Assembly (NCBI GenBank): GCA_001599295.1
Contig: BCGN01000008.1
Location: forward strand, 124,001-188,000
Reading direction: 5' to 3'
From: Sporopachydermia quercuum
Taxonomy: Eukaryota
Length of the DNA: 64,000 nucleotides
The stretch's first letter is position 1. Every line of letters starts with the position of its first letter. Under the pieces are notes generated by a model. It was not told the origin of the DNA. It made no database searches and saw nothing but the letters and a program-made list of their open reading frames with translations. Of this stretch, positions 21,040 through 32,696 are shown piece after piece. The translations under genes were made by a program, and so were the position numbers.

Positions 21040-23220
21040 TCAGTGAAATTCTAAGCTCTTTGCTTTCTCATTAAGTCGTTTAACTCTTTCTTGCTCTTCA
21101 ATGTTTTTACGAGATAACCGCTCAAGATTCTTCTTATCTCTCTTTGCTTGGTCTTTTTCAAGTCTTCTGTTGGCCCACATTCTTAACTTTTCGCCTCTCT
21201 TAACAACATATAATGGGAATGGAACACCTAACACTAATGCGATAATAGCACACATAGTATTGCCCCAACCATAACCCATTTTATCATACATAGGATCAGC
21301 TACCAGGGGTAAGAAGAAGCCAAATAGTGATCTGAAAACTGCTGCTGCTGCAACAGTTGATGCACTGAACATATTATTCATATCAATTAAATAATTGATT
21401 GTTGTTTGGAAAATTAGGGTGATAGCGCTACAGAAGATGGCACTACCAATCAATGGCATTATCCAGAATACACCTTCTTGAGCTGACCATCCATACCAAA
21501 TTAGGCCAACTGCCATAATAACACCAGCACCACATAATAATGGTAATCTGAATTCTGGTTTGGCAACACCTCCATTCTTAATTGTCAACCTCTTATAAAC
21601 TGCTCCGATAGCCCATGAGAACAACAGCACGCCAAATCCAAATCCAAATCCGGGGCCTAAGAAACATAGACCAGCAATACCAGGATTAAAATTATATGTT
21701 CCTTGGAATACTCTTGGGAATGTGACGATCATTAAATACATGAAACCATAGGCAAATGCCATAAAGATGCCTAAACCAAAAACCATTGGATGAGTGAATA
21801 AAAGCTTAATTGGACGGGTCATCGCTAGGTAGAATTTTTGGGAAACTGTTTCACCTGTAGCAATATCGTAAATGGTCTGGAAATGAGGATTTCCTGTAGA
21901 TTTCTTGAGCTTAGCGGCTTTCCTTCTTAGTAAAGTAGGAGTGAAAGTTTCCTCATACCATATCAATCCCGAAATAGCAACGAAACCACTGACAATAGCT
22001 TGAACTCCGAAAACCCAACGCCATCCCGCGTTTTCAACAATGAAGCCGGCAATCACAGGCGCGAAAACAGGGCCAAATGTTGGTCCAAGTGAGTACCAGG
22101 CTGAAGCAGTATTACGATCTTGATCACTGAACAAATCAGCCAATACACCAGCACCAATAGATAAAGGAGCAGCACCAGAACAGCCAGCGAAAAATCTGAA
22201 AACAACCATCTGAGCGTAAGTCTGGGAAACTGCGCAAGCAACGCTGAAAACAACCAAGAACCAGATAGAAATATTAAGGACAATCCTACGGCCATAAAGC
22301 TCAGATAATGGAGCAACAAATAAAGGGCAAATTGCCCATGCTAGAATGAAAATTGAAACCATTAATGCCTGTAAAGTAGGACTAGTTATATTGAAAGTTT
22401 CAGAGATGTATGGAACTGCTGGAGAAAGCATTGATGATGACATTGGGGAAGTAAATGTGTACAAAGCAACTAAACTTGTGGTTCTCCATTTTCTTCTAAA
22501 TGACCAATTTCTCGGATATTCAGGATCATCTTTACCTTCCCATGTCACTAATTCAGGATCTATGTCTTTGAATTCTGCACCATCATCACGGTTAGCAAAA
22601 CCTGCTTCATTAACGTCATCATATAAAGATCTAGTCTCAGTTGTTGATTTTATGGAACCAGCACGAGATCCAGTGCGAGATCCCGTACGGGACCCTGTTC
22701 TTGAGCCAAGTTGAGAAGCTGGTCTTGAAAAAGCTTTTCTAAAGCCTGCTTCTAGTTTAGAAGCATCTTGAAATGATTCATTTTCATCACCAGAAGATGA
22801 GGTCCCTGTTAATTCATGTTTCTGGCTTTCTGTTTCGAGCTCTGTTTCATCCTCAAGGTCTCTTCTTTCTAATTCTTTTTCATAATCCTCAACTCTTTTC
22901 TTATAGACAGACAAAATAGTTGCTCTTGTTTCTGTTCTTTTCAAGGCGATGTCTTCTTGTTCCAGGCCTTCCCCATACATTTCATTCTCTATCTTTGTTA
23001 CAGTTCTATGTGCTGGTTCATCTTTTTTGCTTATGATACTTGCTACTCTTGAAAGAATTCCCGTAGAATCTCTGGAAATCACACTTGAGCTATCATTAGG
23101 TGTTGGTTGTCCTGTGTAAGATTCTGGAATGAAATCCTCATGATGACGAGGAGAAGATTGCGTAGATATTAGTGAAGAAGCAGTAGAACTTCTATCACTT
23201 ACTTCATTAGCATTATTCAT
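21040..23220 (-). CDS. MFS drug:H+ antiporter (DHA1 family) with a long S/T/E-rich N-terminus
   Basis: WEGKDDPEYPRNWS..RKW, APLSELYGRR (motif A), GPTFGPVFAPVIAG (motif C), PEFRLP and about 12 TM segments. Confidence 0.93.
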   Translation of the reverse strand: MNNANEVSDRSSTASSLISTQSSPRHHEDFIPESYTGQPTPNDSSSVISRDSTGILSRVASIISKKDEPAHRTVTKIENEMYGEGLEQEDIALKRTETRATILSVYKKRVEDYEKELERRDLEDETELETESQKHELTGTSSSGDENESFQDASKLEAGFRKAFSRPASQLGSRTGSRTGSRTGSRAGSIKSTTETRSLYDDVNEAGFANRDDGAEFKDIDPELVTWEGKDDPEYPRNWSFRRKWRTTSLVALYTFTSPMSSSMLSPAVPYISETFNITSPTLQALMVSIFILAWAICPLFVAPLSELYGRRIVLNISIWFLVVFSVACAVSQTYAQMVVFRFFAGCSGAAPLSIGAGVLADLFSDQDRNTASAWYSLGPTFGPVFAPVIAGFIVENAGWRWVFGVQAIVSGFVAISGLIWYEETFTPTLLRRKAAKLKKSTGNPHFQTIYDIATGETVSQKFYLAMTRPIKLLFTHPMVFGLGIFMAFAYGFMYLMIVTFPRVFQGTYNFNPGIAGLCFLGPGFGFGFGVLLFSWAIGAVYKRLTIKNGGVAKPEFRLPLLCGAGVIMAVGLIWYGWSAQEGVFWIMPLIGSAIFCSAITLIFQTTINYLIDMNNMFSASTVAAAAVFRSLFGFFLPLVADPMYDKMGYGWGNTMCAIIALVLGVPFPLYVVKRGEKLRMWANRRLEKDQAKRDKKNLERLSRKNIEEQERVKRLNEKAKSLEFH

Positions 23221-23266
23221 AATTTGTAATGGATTATTGAAGAGATTAGAACTATTTGTCCTTAAT

Positions 23267-23296
23267 CTATTCTATTCTATTCTATTCTATTCTATT
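23267..23296. repeat. (CTATT)6 pentanucleotide microsatellite in the MFS 5' leader
   Basis: Six perfect tandem copies 47-76 bp upstream of the ATG. Confidence 0.9.
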
Positions 23297-26200
23297 ACGA
23301 CGGATAAAGTTAATCCGGAAGCTAGTTTTATCTTGTTTGTAGTGATATAACTGAATGACTATACCATAGTCTTGATACTTATTCTTTCCAACTATCGATT
23401 ATGGTTAGACTAAGATGAATGGACGAATAAAAGCAGTACTAGCAATTATCTGTATACTTCTCTTACTATTCTACTACCTTTCTTTCTTCTTTCAACTATC
23501 AATTTGATCTCTTTCACTATTGCAATGTTACCTCTCGGGATTCTTAGCTCCTCTTTATATTCTTTCTTCTCTCACTCGTTATGTACTTGTTTGCTTGTTT
23601 GACTTTCTAGTACGAGTGAACCTATTCAATTTGAACTACTAGTATATAAACAACGAATCAATTTATAAACTCTACTTACATAGCAGAAACAATGAATAAT
23701 AAGCTGTCAAAACAAATAAGCATAGACTCATCATTATCCATGTATCAAAATGGGTACTACATTCTTATATACCTTTAATAAAAAAATCTCCAACCCTTTG
23801 ATCATTGGTAGATTTTGAATTTCGGCTTAATAATAAGGTTTGTCTATTTTTTCATTTAGTACACGGCAACTTTAAAGGATAAATAAAGTTTGAACTTAAT
23901 TCACCACACTAAACTGCGAACGGTAACGGTATGTTTTTTTTCTTTATGGTAGGAGGAAACGAGAAGAGTGAATAGTATTAATTGTATAGTAAAGTATAGA
24001 GTTGATTGATAGCATGATAGATTGAATATGAACTAATAGAAGAGCTTGTTATATTGGACTATTTTAATTCAGTGTTTGTTTGCCTAATGATATATTGATA
24101 GCCTGAAACACTGAGATTTGGTTATTGAACAAGAAGTTGAGCTTAATGCTAATTAAAACGTTATTATGAGTACTATAATCAGTTAGGTATACATGACGTC
24201 TACAACATACAGATTAAGGTACTCAGATTCGTTTATAATCTTAAGCAAATTCCTAGATCTTTCCTAATTGAGAAAAAATTGTTTAGTAGCGGAAAGGAAT
24301 TCTTCCAGCTTGTGTTGTATGACTAATAAAAAGAGTTGTGAGGTTGCGTGTTAAAGGTGTATTAATAAGAGATTAGTAGTAATAATGAAGAAAAAAATAT
24401 TTGGACTAAAAATGGACAATGGATGTAGTTTTGTTGCATAAGAAGAGTTTATGATTTGTACTGTCAACAATAATAATAACATTGTCTGGATGAACGAGAG
24501 TTATGAATATGATTCTAGCCGAGAAAGAATAAACAACTTAACAGTGAAGTAAGAACTTACGAATTTTAATGACGACTGAGATGACGACTGATGGTCAGCA
24601 GTTATGTAGGTTTATTCTCTGTTCTATATAGAGCATCAATCGTAATATGTAATAAATCAATGAAAGATTTTTGAACACCAAGATCATAAAAGAGAAACTG
24701 TGAGAAATATTTGCATTTATAACAGGTGTTGAAATTCAATTGCATTTAAATCAATAATTATTCAGTGCCAAATATTTGTTTGCGTATTTCATAATGGTTG
24801 ATCTTCAAAAAGTTCAGACAGTCAGCTAAAATGCAGCCCCAGATTTCAAGCTGGCAAGTTTCATTCTAACAGTGAAACCTTTTGTAGTGGTTCAATCAAT
24901 CAATCATCTATCCTCTGTCACTTTGCTTATTTTAAAAGTTAACTCCTAATCTACGTTGAAGCACCAATGCATTTAATTCAACTCACCCGAAACTTAATAG
25001 ACCAACGTCTCCTTCTGTTGCCTCGGGATAAATTTTCTAAGATCAGAATTCACTTCAATCATGTTTATACTACATTTCTATTTATTGGTTCATTTGGTAC
25101 ATAATTATGATCAACTTAAAGAGAAATATTTTACAAACAATTCACTTCCTATATAGATAAAGTTACTTCGGATTCAATTCCCTTATTCTCGTGATGAACC
25201 GTCATAGTAAAAAGCAGCAGGATCATGAATGAACTTGAAAATACTAGAAGGATCTTCAAAAACGTTAACTGATAAAAACGTTGATGTGTCCGCCATTAAT
25301 CGTTATGAAATCTGAATAAAGTAATATTTCCCATATACGGCTAGAATGAAATACTGAATGCACAATTATGCAATATGTAGGGACGAATAACGGTAATAGG
25401 CAATGAGAAACTGCTAAAGGAGAAATAGATCGACTAAGTTAAATTGAGTTATACCCCACTTTTAATGTTGACGACCAGTAGTGGCTTTTGGATTTGCCTA
25501 TAGGTTAGACGTTTTGGCCGCCCGATATAGATTGTGGGGTTTGATCGTTGAAGTTCTGAGATGAATGAATTGATGAGATGAATTAATGAGATATAGTAGT
25601 CTCAAGTGTGAAAAAGCATTTAGGAGTTGAATTGGACGTCTAGTATAGGTTGGTGTTATTGGGAAACCGACTCAGATTCAAAATAAGGTTTCATTCTGCA
25701 TTAATACTGCATAGTGACAAACTTTATTAAATCGTGGATGGTATTTGATCCGACAAGAACCAATTTGGCTGAAGACTGATGGTCAACTTGAAAGCTTTCT
25801 GATGAAGGTATTTCATTGGATTAATATCGCAGATTTTTCCAAGAATATCAGTCTAATGAAATGTGCCCTGGTTCTCTGATAAATAGTAACTTAGTACCCA
25901 ACCAACCAACTAGCAAGCTAACATCATCTCATCACTTCTAGCTACTAAAGAATACAAATCTAGTTTCTCCACGGATACTTCAAATGTATCTCAAACAGCA
26001 AATCCATACAATTGTATTTCAGCTCTGAGTCTCTATCAACCAACAAATTCAGGTACTTCATTGTACTTTTATCACCTCTGTCGAACTTAATGCAGTAGAA
26101 GAACCATCTAAATGTCTGTCACACATTATTTAAATGCTTATGTAAACAATTATTACTACCATTGAATAATAGGAGACATATGATCTTCAAATATCTCAAT

Positions 26201-26591
26201 TGTGGCTTAATAACATCCTCTTATGGTTGTTTCCCAGAAGTAAATATGTTAATATATATGATCACTTGATAATTTCATCAAGTAGACCCATAGACATAGT
26301 TGTATTGCATTTATTCATTTTATTTGTTTGTTAAGAAGTGACTGTGCGTTTCCCTTGTAGCAACTGAATAGCGAATTGCAAGTGTAGCAATTGTTCGAAT
26401 ATCAGTTGCAGTTTTATCGTGTAGTATTGTTACCCATCTTTTGGCAAAGCCTACCTGCATTTAAGGAACCTCCTCTAGCATTTTCTCAGCATATTTTCCC
26501 CGTTAAGATAATCTTGAGAGACCTGTGTGCTCATACTTAAGGCTGTTCATCAAATCATTACCATTCGTAGGTTTCATCATAATAACTAGAA

Positions 26592-27518
26592 ATGAGCGCG
26601 GACGATGCCAAACAAGCGAACTTGGCAGCATTCACTAAAGAGTTTGCTCGAGAATACAATGCAAATCCAACTCTACAAGCAGAAAATGTACTTATTTCAA
26701 AAGCAGCCTTGGAATTTGACCCTTCATTATCAGAAGAAGAATTAAGCAAGAAGTTTGAATCAATCATCTTCGGAGAAGAAGGTGTTCTTCATTACGATGT
26801 TTCAGAAATAAATCCTGGATTGGTTTCTTTTGAAAAATTGCCAGTCTCGCCAGTTTTTAAACCAGAGGGAAAACTGAAGGTACTTGATTTCGGTTGCGGC
26901 TCTGGTGGTTTAGGAAAATATATTGCTGCAAGATGTGAGAAACTAGTTGGAACTGATATTTCTCAAGGGATGTTAGATATGTTTAATCAGGTAAAGAAAG
27001 AAGTGGGACTAGAAAATGTCATTGAATGCTATAATGCTGATATTACAGAATACGGGACTCCCGGTAACGAAATACCTGAAGTGATTGCTAACAAAGATTT
27101 TGATGCAGCTATATGTTCTCTTGCCTATCACCATATATATGATATTGATGCAACAACAACTGCGTTGGCTGACCATTTGAAGAAAGATGGCTATGTTATA
27201 ATTGTTGATTTTTTCAATGAACATCCAGGATATAAACCATTTTATGCTGATGAGTCAATTTTATCAAAATCTGTACCTCATAAAGGAGGTATTACTTATG
27301 ACCAAATGAAACATACTTTAGAACAAGCAGGATTAGTTGATGTGAAAGTCTACAGATGTTTCAAGATGTACCAATGGGAACCCGAGACATGGTTGAACAA
27401 TCATGCCTATTTTGTCGATGCTGAAGATATCAATGGATTGAAATGTGAAATAAGGGATGGAAAACCTGTCTATCAAGTATTGGTTTCATTTGTTCTAGGT
27501 GCTGGTAAAAAGCCATAG
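26592..27518 (+). CDS. Class I SAM-dependent methyltransferase, substrate unknown
   Basis: VLDFGCGSG, GTDISQGML, FDAAICSLAYHHI and LKKDGYVIIVDF. Confidence 0.9.
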   Translation: MSADDAKQANLAAFTKEFAREYNANPTLQAENVLISKAALEFDPSLSEEELSKKFESIIFGEEGVLHYDVSEINPGLVSFEKLPVSPVFKPEGKLKVLDFGCGSGGLGKYIAARCEKLVGTDISQGMLDMFNQVKKEVGLENVIECYNADITEYGTPGNEIPEVIANKDFDAAICSLAYHHIYDIDATTTALADHLKKDGYVIIVDFFNEHPGYKPFYADESILSKSVPHKGGITYDQMKHTLEQAGLVDVKVYRCFKMYQWEPETWLNNHAYFVDAEDINGLKCEIRDGKPVYQVLVSFVLGAGKKP

Positions 27519-27644
27519 ACCATGTTTTATATACAAGACTATACACAATTATGTTATAAGAAGATAAAGAGTACACATATATACGTATAAAATTATAATG
27601 AATATGCAACATCATACATAGATACACTACATATCAGGACAGAA

Positions 27645-29354
27645 TCAATTAGTTTTCTCTTTTGAATCATCGGTAGTACTCTCTTTCAATGTAGGAATTT
27701 CAATAGTAGCTGGTTCCTTATAATCATAAACCCATAATTTACTTATCACTTTATCATCACCGACAATTGGTTTAACCCACTCAGCATCTTTTTCCTTTGC
27801 CTTCTTTACCCATTTCTTTGGCCATTCTATTTCCTCTTGAATTGCAGATTCCAAATCTTTCTTTTCAAATGGTCGATAAGCATTAATTACTACAGCAACG
27901 GTTTGACGGCTTATCTCTTCAGCCATGTATCTTTTGCGGAAGTATCTATAAATCCGGATAGGAGTATTGAGAAATCCTAGCAGATTAGGATGAGAAACAA
28001 CAGCTATTGGGCCTACAAATTCAGCATTGACATCAGGGTTAATGCCTTTTTCAGCATTTTGCAAATGAGAAAACTCAGGAGCAATTTCAACTTCAGAAAA
28101 TTCACTAGGAAGAAGATAAGGTTGAGGTACTGGTGGTTTTCGTTCTATCTTCTTTAACGCTGGATCTTCATATGGGTCATCTTTTGCCGCTTCAATATCA
28201 GATTCGACAACAACAGTTAAATCTTTGACTTCTTTGCTAACAGTTTCGGTAGGTTGTTGAGGATTCTCTATCTCCTCAGGAAGTTTCGCACTGATTGATT
28301 GTAATTCTGAATCTAAAGAGTGGACAGATATGTCACCGTGTGGAGAATCCGAGCTAGGCTTTAGTTCTTCAGGTGTTGCAGGAACACTCATAGCAGGATT
28401 CATTTGAATAGGAGTGGTAGTGCCATTGGGCAAAACCGACTCTACAGATGCTTCAACAGGTTTCACAGCAGAGTTGGAATTCTCTTTGGCTTCTTTGGCT
28501 TTAGCTTCTTTTTCTTGGGCAGCAACGGCTTTTTCCATTGCCTCTTTAACTCTGTCAGGCATCTCAGTAGGACCTAATACACCTTCATGAACCCCCATAA
28601 TATATTCCTTAAAAGCGCCACGGCCAACGCAAATAATACCTGCGGGCTGGCTGTTATCCCGCTTCAAACGGCCAAAGATTCTTTCATCTACATCATCTTT
28701 AATTTCAAACCCACTGGATGTTTTTCTGGTCAATTTATGTAATTCTGAGCGTTTTAAGAATGTTTCACTGTCATCTTCAGCAAAGCTTCCTCGGATTTTT
28801 GAGATAAATCCCTGGACAAAAACATTTGCCGGTGACCTTGCAGCCTCATCATCTGCGTTCTTAGCTTCGGTTGATTTCCTTTTACCACTCTCACTATTAT
28901 CATTGTTTTTTGATTGTTCCTTTCTCATTTCCCTAATTTCATCAGCAACCATATGGCGGATTTCTCCTTGTCTTGTCTCAGAACGAATTTCAAAATTAAC
29001 AGCAGCAGCATTCAAAATTGGCTTGACATATTTACGGAAATGACCTAATGATTCATCAAGGAAATCTCCTGGTGGGGGAGCAATGTAAACGATTACTTTT
29101 CTTGGTAGAAATGTTCCTGCATCTGGTATAGGCTTTTCAGCTAAGGGCTTGACCAAATCCATGTATTTTTTCCGAATTGATTTTTGCTGTTGTTTATCAT
29201 AGGCAATTCCGCCTCCAATTGTAAAGAGCACTGTCCAAAAGATCATCCAATTACGTCCAGGGAGCCTCAAAGGAGGGATACCCATTGCCCGAAAAGCTGG
29301 ATTACTATAACCAGGCTTTTTAGCCGGTTTCTGAGCACTGCTATCAGCCCCCAT
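27645..29354 (-). CDS. TIM54: Mitochondrial TIM22 complex subunit Tim54
   Basis: KPGYSNPAFRAMGIP..RLPGRNWMIFW, PPPGDFLD...FRKYVKPILNAA, ICVGRGAFKEY..G.HEG.LGP and GFLNTPIRIYRYF. Confidence 0.95.
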   Translation of the reverse strand: MGADSSAQKPAKKPGYSNPAFRAMGIPPLRLPGRNWMIFWTVLFTIGGGIAYDKQQQKSIRKKYMDLVKPLAEKPIPDAGTFLPRKVIVYIAPPPGDFLDESLGHFRKYVKPILNAAAVNFEIRSETRQGEIRHMVADEIREMRKEQSKNNDNSESGKRKSTEAKNADDEAARSPANVFVQGFISKIRGSFAEDDSETFLKRSELHKLTRKTSSGFEIKDDVDERIFGRLKRDNSQPAGIICVGRGAFKEYIMGVHEGVLGPTEMPDRVKEAMEKAVAAQEKEAKAKEAKENSNSAVKPVEASVESVLPNGTTTPIQMNPAMSVPATPEELKPSSDSPHGDISVHSLDSELQSISAKLPEEIENPQQPTETVSKEVKDLTVVVESDIEAAKDDPYEDPALKKIERKPPVPQPYLLPSEFSEVEIAPEFSHLQNAEKGINPDVNAEFVGPIAVVSHPNLLGFLNTPIRIYRYFRKRYMAEEISRQTVAVVINAYRPFEKKDLESAIQEEIEWPKKWVKKAKEKDAEWVKPIVGDDKVISKLWVYDYKEPATIEIPTLKESTTDDSKEKTN

Positions 29355-29956
29355 TATGATACAAGTGGTATTTACGTGATAATAATATTAGTTGTCGACA
29401 TCTGTTCGATGAAAGGGGAAGAAGATAGGTTATGATGAGAGGTGATTTTTGTAGTTGGTTGATGAGTGGATATGATAGCTATATTAAGTATGAAAAATTT
29501 GATTATGTCAAAGAAATAAAGTTTAAGCAGAGAACTGTGAGAGATACAGTAGAGTGCATGTGACAGAAATGATGGATGATTTAACTGGAAGGGAGAAATG
29601 ACGGTATACACTGAATTGTATGAAACTATGCTTGAAGATATGAATAATGGAAAAAGTTATCTTGTTGGCCTTAGCGAAGTTTCAGAAATTGGTTCTCCTG
29701 ATGTCAGTACTCTTGCCATAGACGCTAGAAGCTAAGATTCGTTAAGTATGTTAAACTATGTACTATTATGTATTAAAGCAATAACATGTACACACAAAAT
29801 AATACGTACATCAATCTTGCAGATTTATACATGATGATGCATATGTCTAGGAAATTCATTCACTTTTTTCTTCGATTTATACTACAATAAAACCATATTA
29901 TAACGTATAGTGCATTGTTATTATATCAATCATTGATGAGTATCATTTCTAGCAAC

Positions 29957-31551
29957 TTATTGATACTCACCAGGAACAGGGAACTTGGAGGCAAAAGCTT
30001 CGACTTCTTTAGCTAGGGAAGCAATCTCTTTATCTTCACTAGCTCTCTTCTTGAAATCAGCATACCTGCTCTTAGCATCAGCACCTTCGGAATCTTCAAG
30101 AAGTCTTAAACTAATATTAACAGCTTTTTGAATGTATTCTGCGACCTTTTTGAAGTCAGCTTCTTCAAATCCTCTGGTAGTCATAGCTGGTGTACCAACA
30201 CGTAGACCTGATGGATATAATGCCGATTTATCACCAGGAACAGTATTCTTATTAGCAGCAATGTTTATTAATTCTAAAACATATTCTACTCTAGCACCAT
30301 CAATACCTTTGGATCTTAAGTCAATAAGCACTAAATGTGTATCAGTGCCTCCAGATACCAAATCAAATTCGTTACTCAATAAAGCTTTGGCAAAAGCTTG
30401 AGCATTATCCAGAATAGATTGCTGATATTCCTTATATTCTGGAGTTCTTGCTTGACCTAAGGCAACAGCCAAAGCAGAAATAGTATGATTATGGGGTCCA
30501 CCTTGATGACCAGGGAAAACTGAAAAATTGATTCTCTTATCTAAATCATATAAAATCTCCTTACCCTTCTTAGTAACCTTTCTAACACCTTTGCGATAGA
30601 AAATCATTGCTCCACGGGGTCCACGTAAAGATTTATGGGTGGTAGTGGTAACAATGTCAGAGTAATTGAATGGGGAGTCTGTTACTCCAGCTGCAACCAA
30701 TCCAGAGATATGTGCCATATCAGAAAGTAAATAAGCACCTACTGAGTCAGCGATCTTTCTCATTCTTTTATAATCAATTACTCTGGAGTAGGCAGAAGCA
30801 CCTGCAACAAGCACTTTAGGTCTGAATAAAACAATAGTTTCAGCAAGCTTGTCATAATCAATGATACCAGTGGATTCGTCCAATCTATAAGGCATTGTTT
30901 GGAAATACTTCGAAATATAAGAAATCTTTGTAGTAGGTGTTTGATAACCATGCGATAAGTGACCTCCATGAGGTAAATCTAAACCCATCAAACGATCACC
31001 AACTTCCATAACAGCAGAGTAAGCATATAAATTGGCTGGGGCACCAGATAGAGGTTGTACATTCACACCCCATTCTTCAGGATTCAATCCAAAAACTTCT
31101 AAAGCCCTGTTCCTGCATAAATTTTCGGCTTCATCAATAAATTGATTCCCGCCATAATATCTTTCTCCAGGGTATCCTTCTGAATACTTGTTTTGCATTT
31201 CTGATCCTAGAAGATCCATGACTGCCTTAGAGGTGAAATTTTCACTAGGAATCAAAGTGATAGAAGTCTTCTGTCTAGTCTTTTCTTTGTTCAAAATCTC
31301 GTACATTTCGGGATCAACTTCAGCTACTGAAGCTGAAACAAGATTTTGAGCTTTAGAAGACAAAGCATAGGCCCGCTATTATTGTGATTGTTAGGGATGT
31401 CGGTTGAATAGATGATACTAATGGATTATAAAAATAATGATCAGCACGTCAGTGATAGTGCATAAATAAAAATGGTACGAACCTTTACAAGAAGACTAGC
31501 CAATGGCATAGTAGAGGTTGTTAATCTTAGCGATCTTGCTAAAGCTGACAT
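29957..31551 (-). CDS. SHM1: Mitochondrial serine hydroxymethyltransferase; exons 31551-31483 and 31375-29957
   Basis: [22 protein letters not shown] and the PLP lysine motif [13 protein letters not shown]. The spliced N-terminus [31 protein letters not shown] is an acid-free, Arg/Ser-rich presequence. Confidence 0.95.
31376..31482 (-). other. Spliceosomal intron (107 nt) of SHM1 with weak signals
   Basis: AAG|GTTCGT donor, CCCTAAC branch at 31396-31390 and TAG at 31378-31376. The phase-0 join is required to supply an ATG. Confidence 0.8.
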
Positions 31552-31955
31552 TTTGATTTTAGCAGATAATATCAAGTGTTCTATATATGTTGGTTGTTAG
31601 TACTTGTATTATGGTCAATTGAGCTTGTGCTGTTCACTTGCTATCTACAACACACAACAGTAAGTTTCAAGCCCTTATTGTCAAATAGAAATTTGTCAAT
31701 TGCACAAGAACCAAACAGCAGGTTCGTAACAACAAGTTAGTTTCTTAATATATATGTCAATCTCTCTTTCAACATAAGCTAAACTTCGTCTAACCCTTAC
31801 TCGGTGTGATGCCTTGCTGAACCGGTGATGGACAGAATGATGGGGTTGATGTATAAATCCGCATATATATGCAGATTACTGCAAAGTACGCATTAAATTG
31901 CATATATCAGAGCAGGTTGTAAATCTTAATTCTTCTGATCCAGTACTCTGATATA

Positions 31956-32589
31956 ATGAGTCATGAGATACTGCTGGCAAATCAGAAGAAGAAAGGAAGA
32001 ATAAACGATGAAACATCAATAACGAAATAGATCAATTATGAAGAATGGACATTATTTGTTGAATAGGGACAAGAACACAATCAGTGGTCAAACTCGTAAA
32101 GCTCAAGCAAGTTCAATAAGTGATTACTACTGGATGCAACTCTATGATTAACCATGAGAATCCTGTCAATTGACTCAGTTTAATACGTACAGTTGAGATT
32201 GAGTGAAAATCCTTCCACCTAAATTACCAAATATCAAGAAGAATGGGCTGGTTCAATCGATTCTGATCTCCAACCAGTAAATATATCTCTTTAAAAGAAT
32301 AATAAGAAAGATTTTAGTAAAATTATAGAACAATTTAATTCAGGTTGATGTAACGAATTTCCTATCAAGGTAACAATAGTAATGCACCTTATCGTCTGGT
32401 AAAAGAAGTTAGTGATGAAGAAGAAAAGTGACTCGGTGGAAAGACCTCAGAAAAGAAGCAGATTGCTTAATTTTTCATGAAAAATTTCACTGACTCGGTG
32501 ATATTCAGTACTGGTCAGAACTGAATAAGGATTATGTAATCGTGTAATATATGATTGGGGTGAGACGTGGGAATTCAATACCACGTGAC
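31956..32589. promoter_or_regulatory. Gcn4/Bas1-type TGACTC cluster plus Cbf1-type E-box upstream of SHM1
   Basis: ATGAGTCAT at 31956-31964, TGACTCA at 32171-32177, TGACTCGGTG at 32429 and 32491, and CACGTGAC at 32582-32589. Confidence 0.65.
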
Positions 32590-32696
32590 GAACTATAGAT
32601 CAAAATCGTATCATTGAATAATCGATAAAAGCGAAACATAATTGAGTACTAAGGACATAAGTTAATTAAGCATTTGAGAATAGCTATATATACATG

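Noticed and set aside
23300..26500. Solo LTR or transposon remnant in the large intergenic regions
   Set aside because: I could detect no TG...CA-bounded repeat with target-site duplication, TIRs or gag/pol/transposase fragments by eye.
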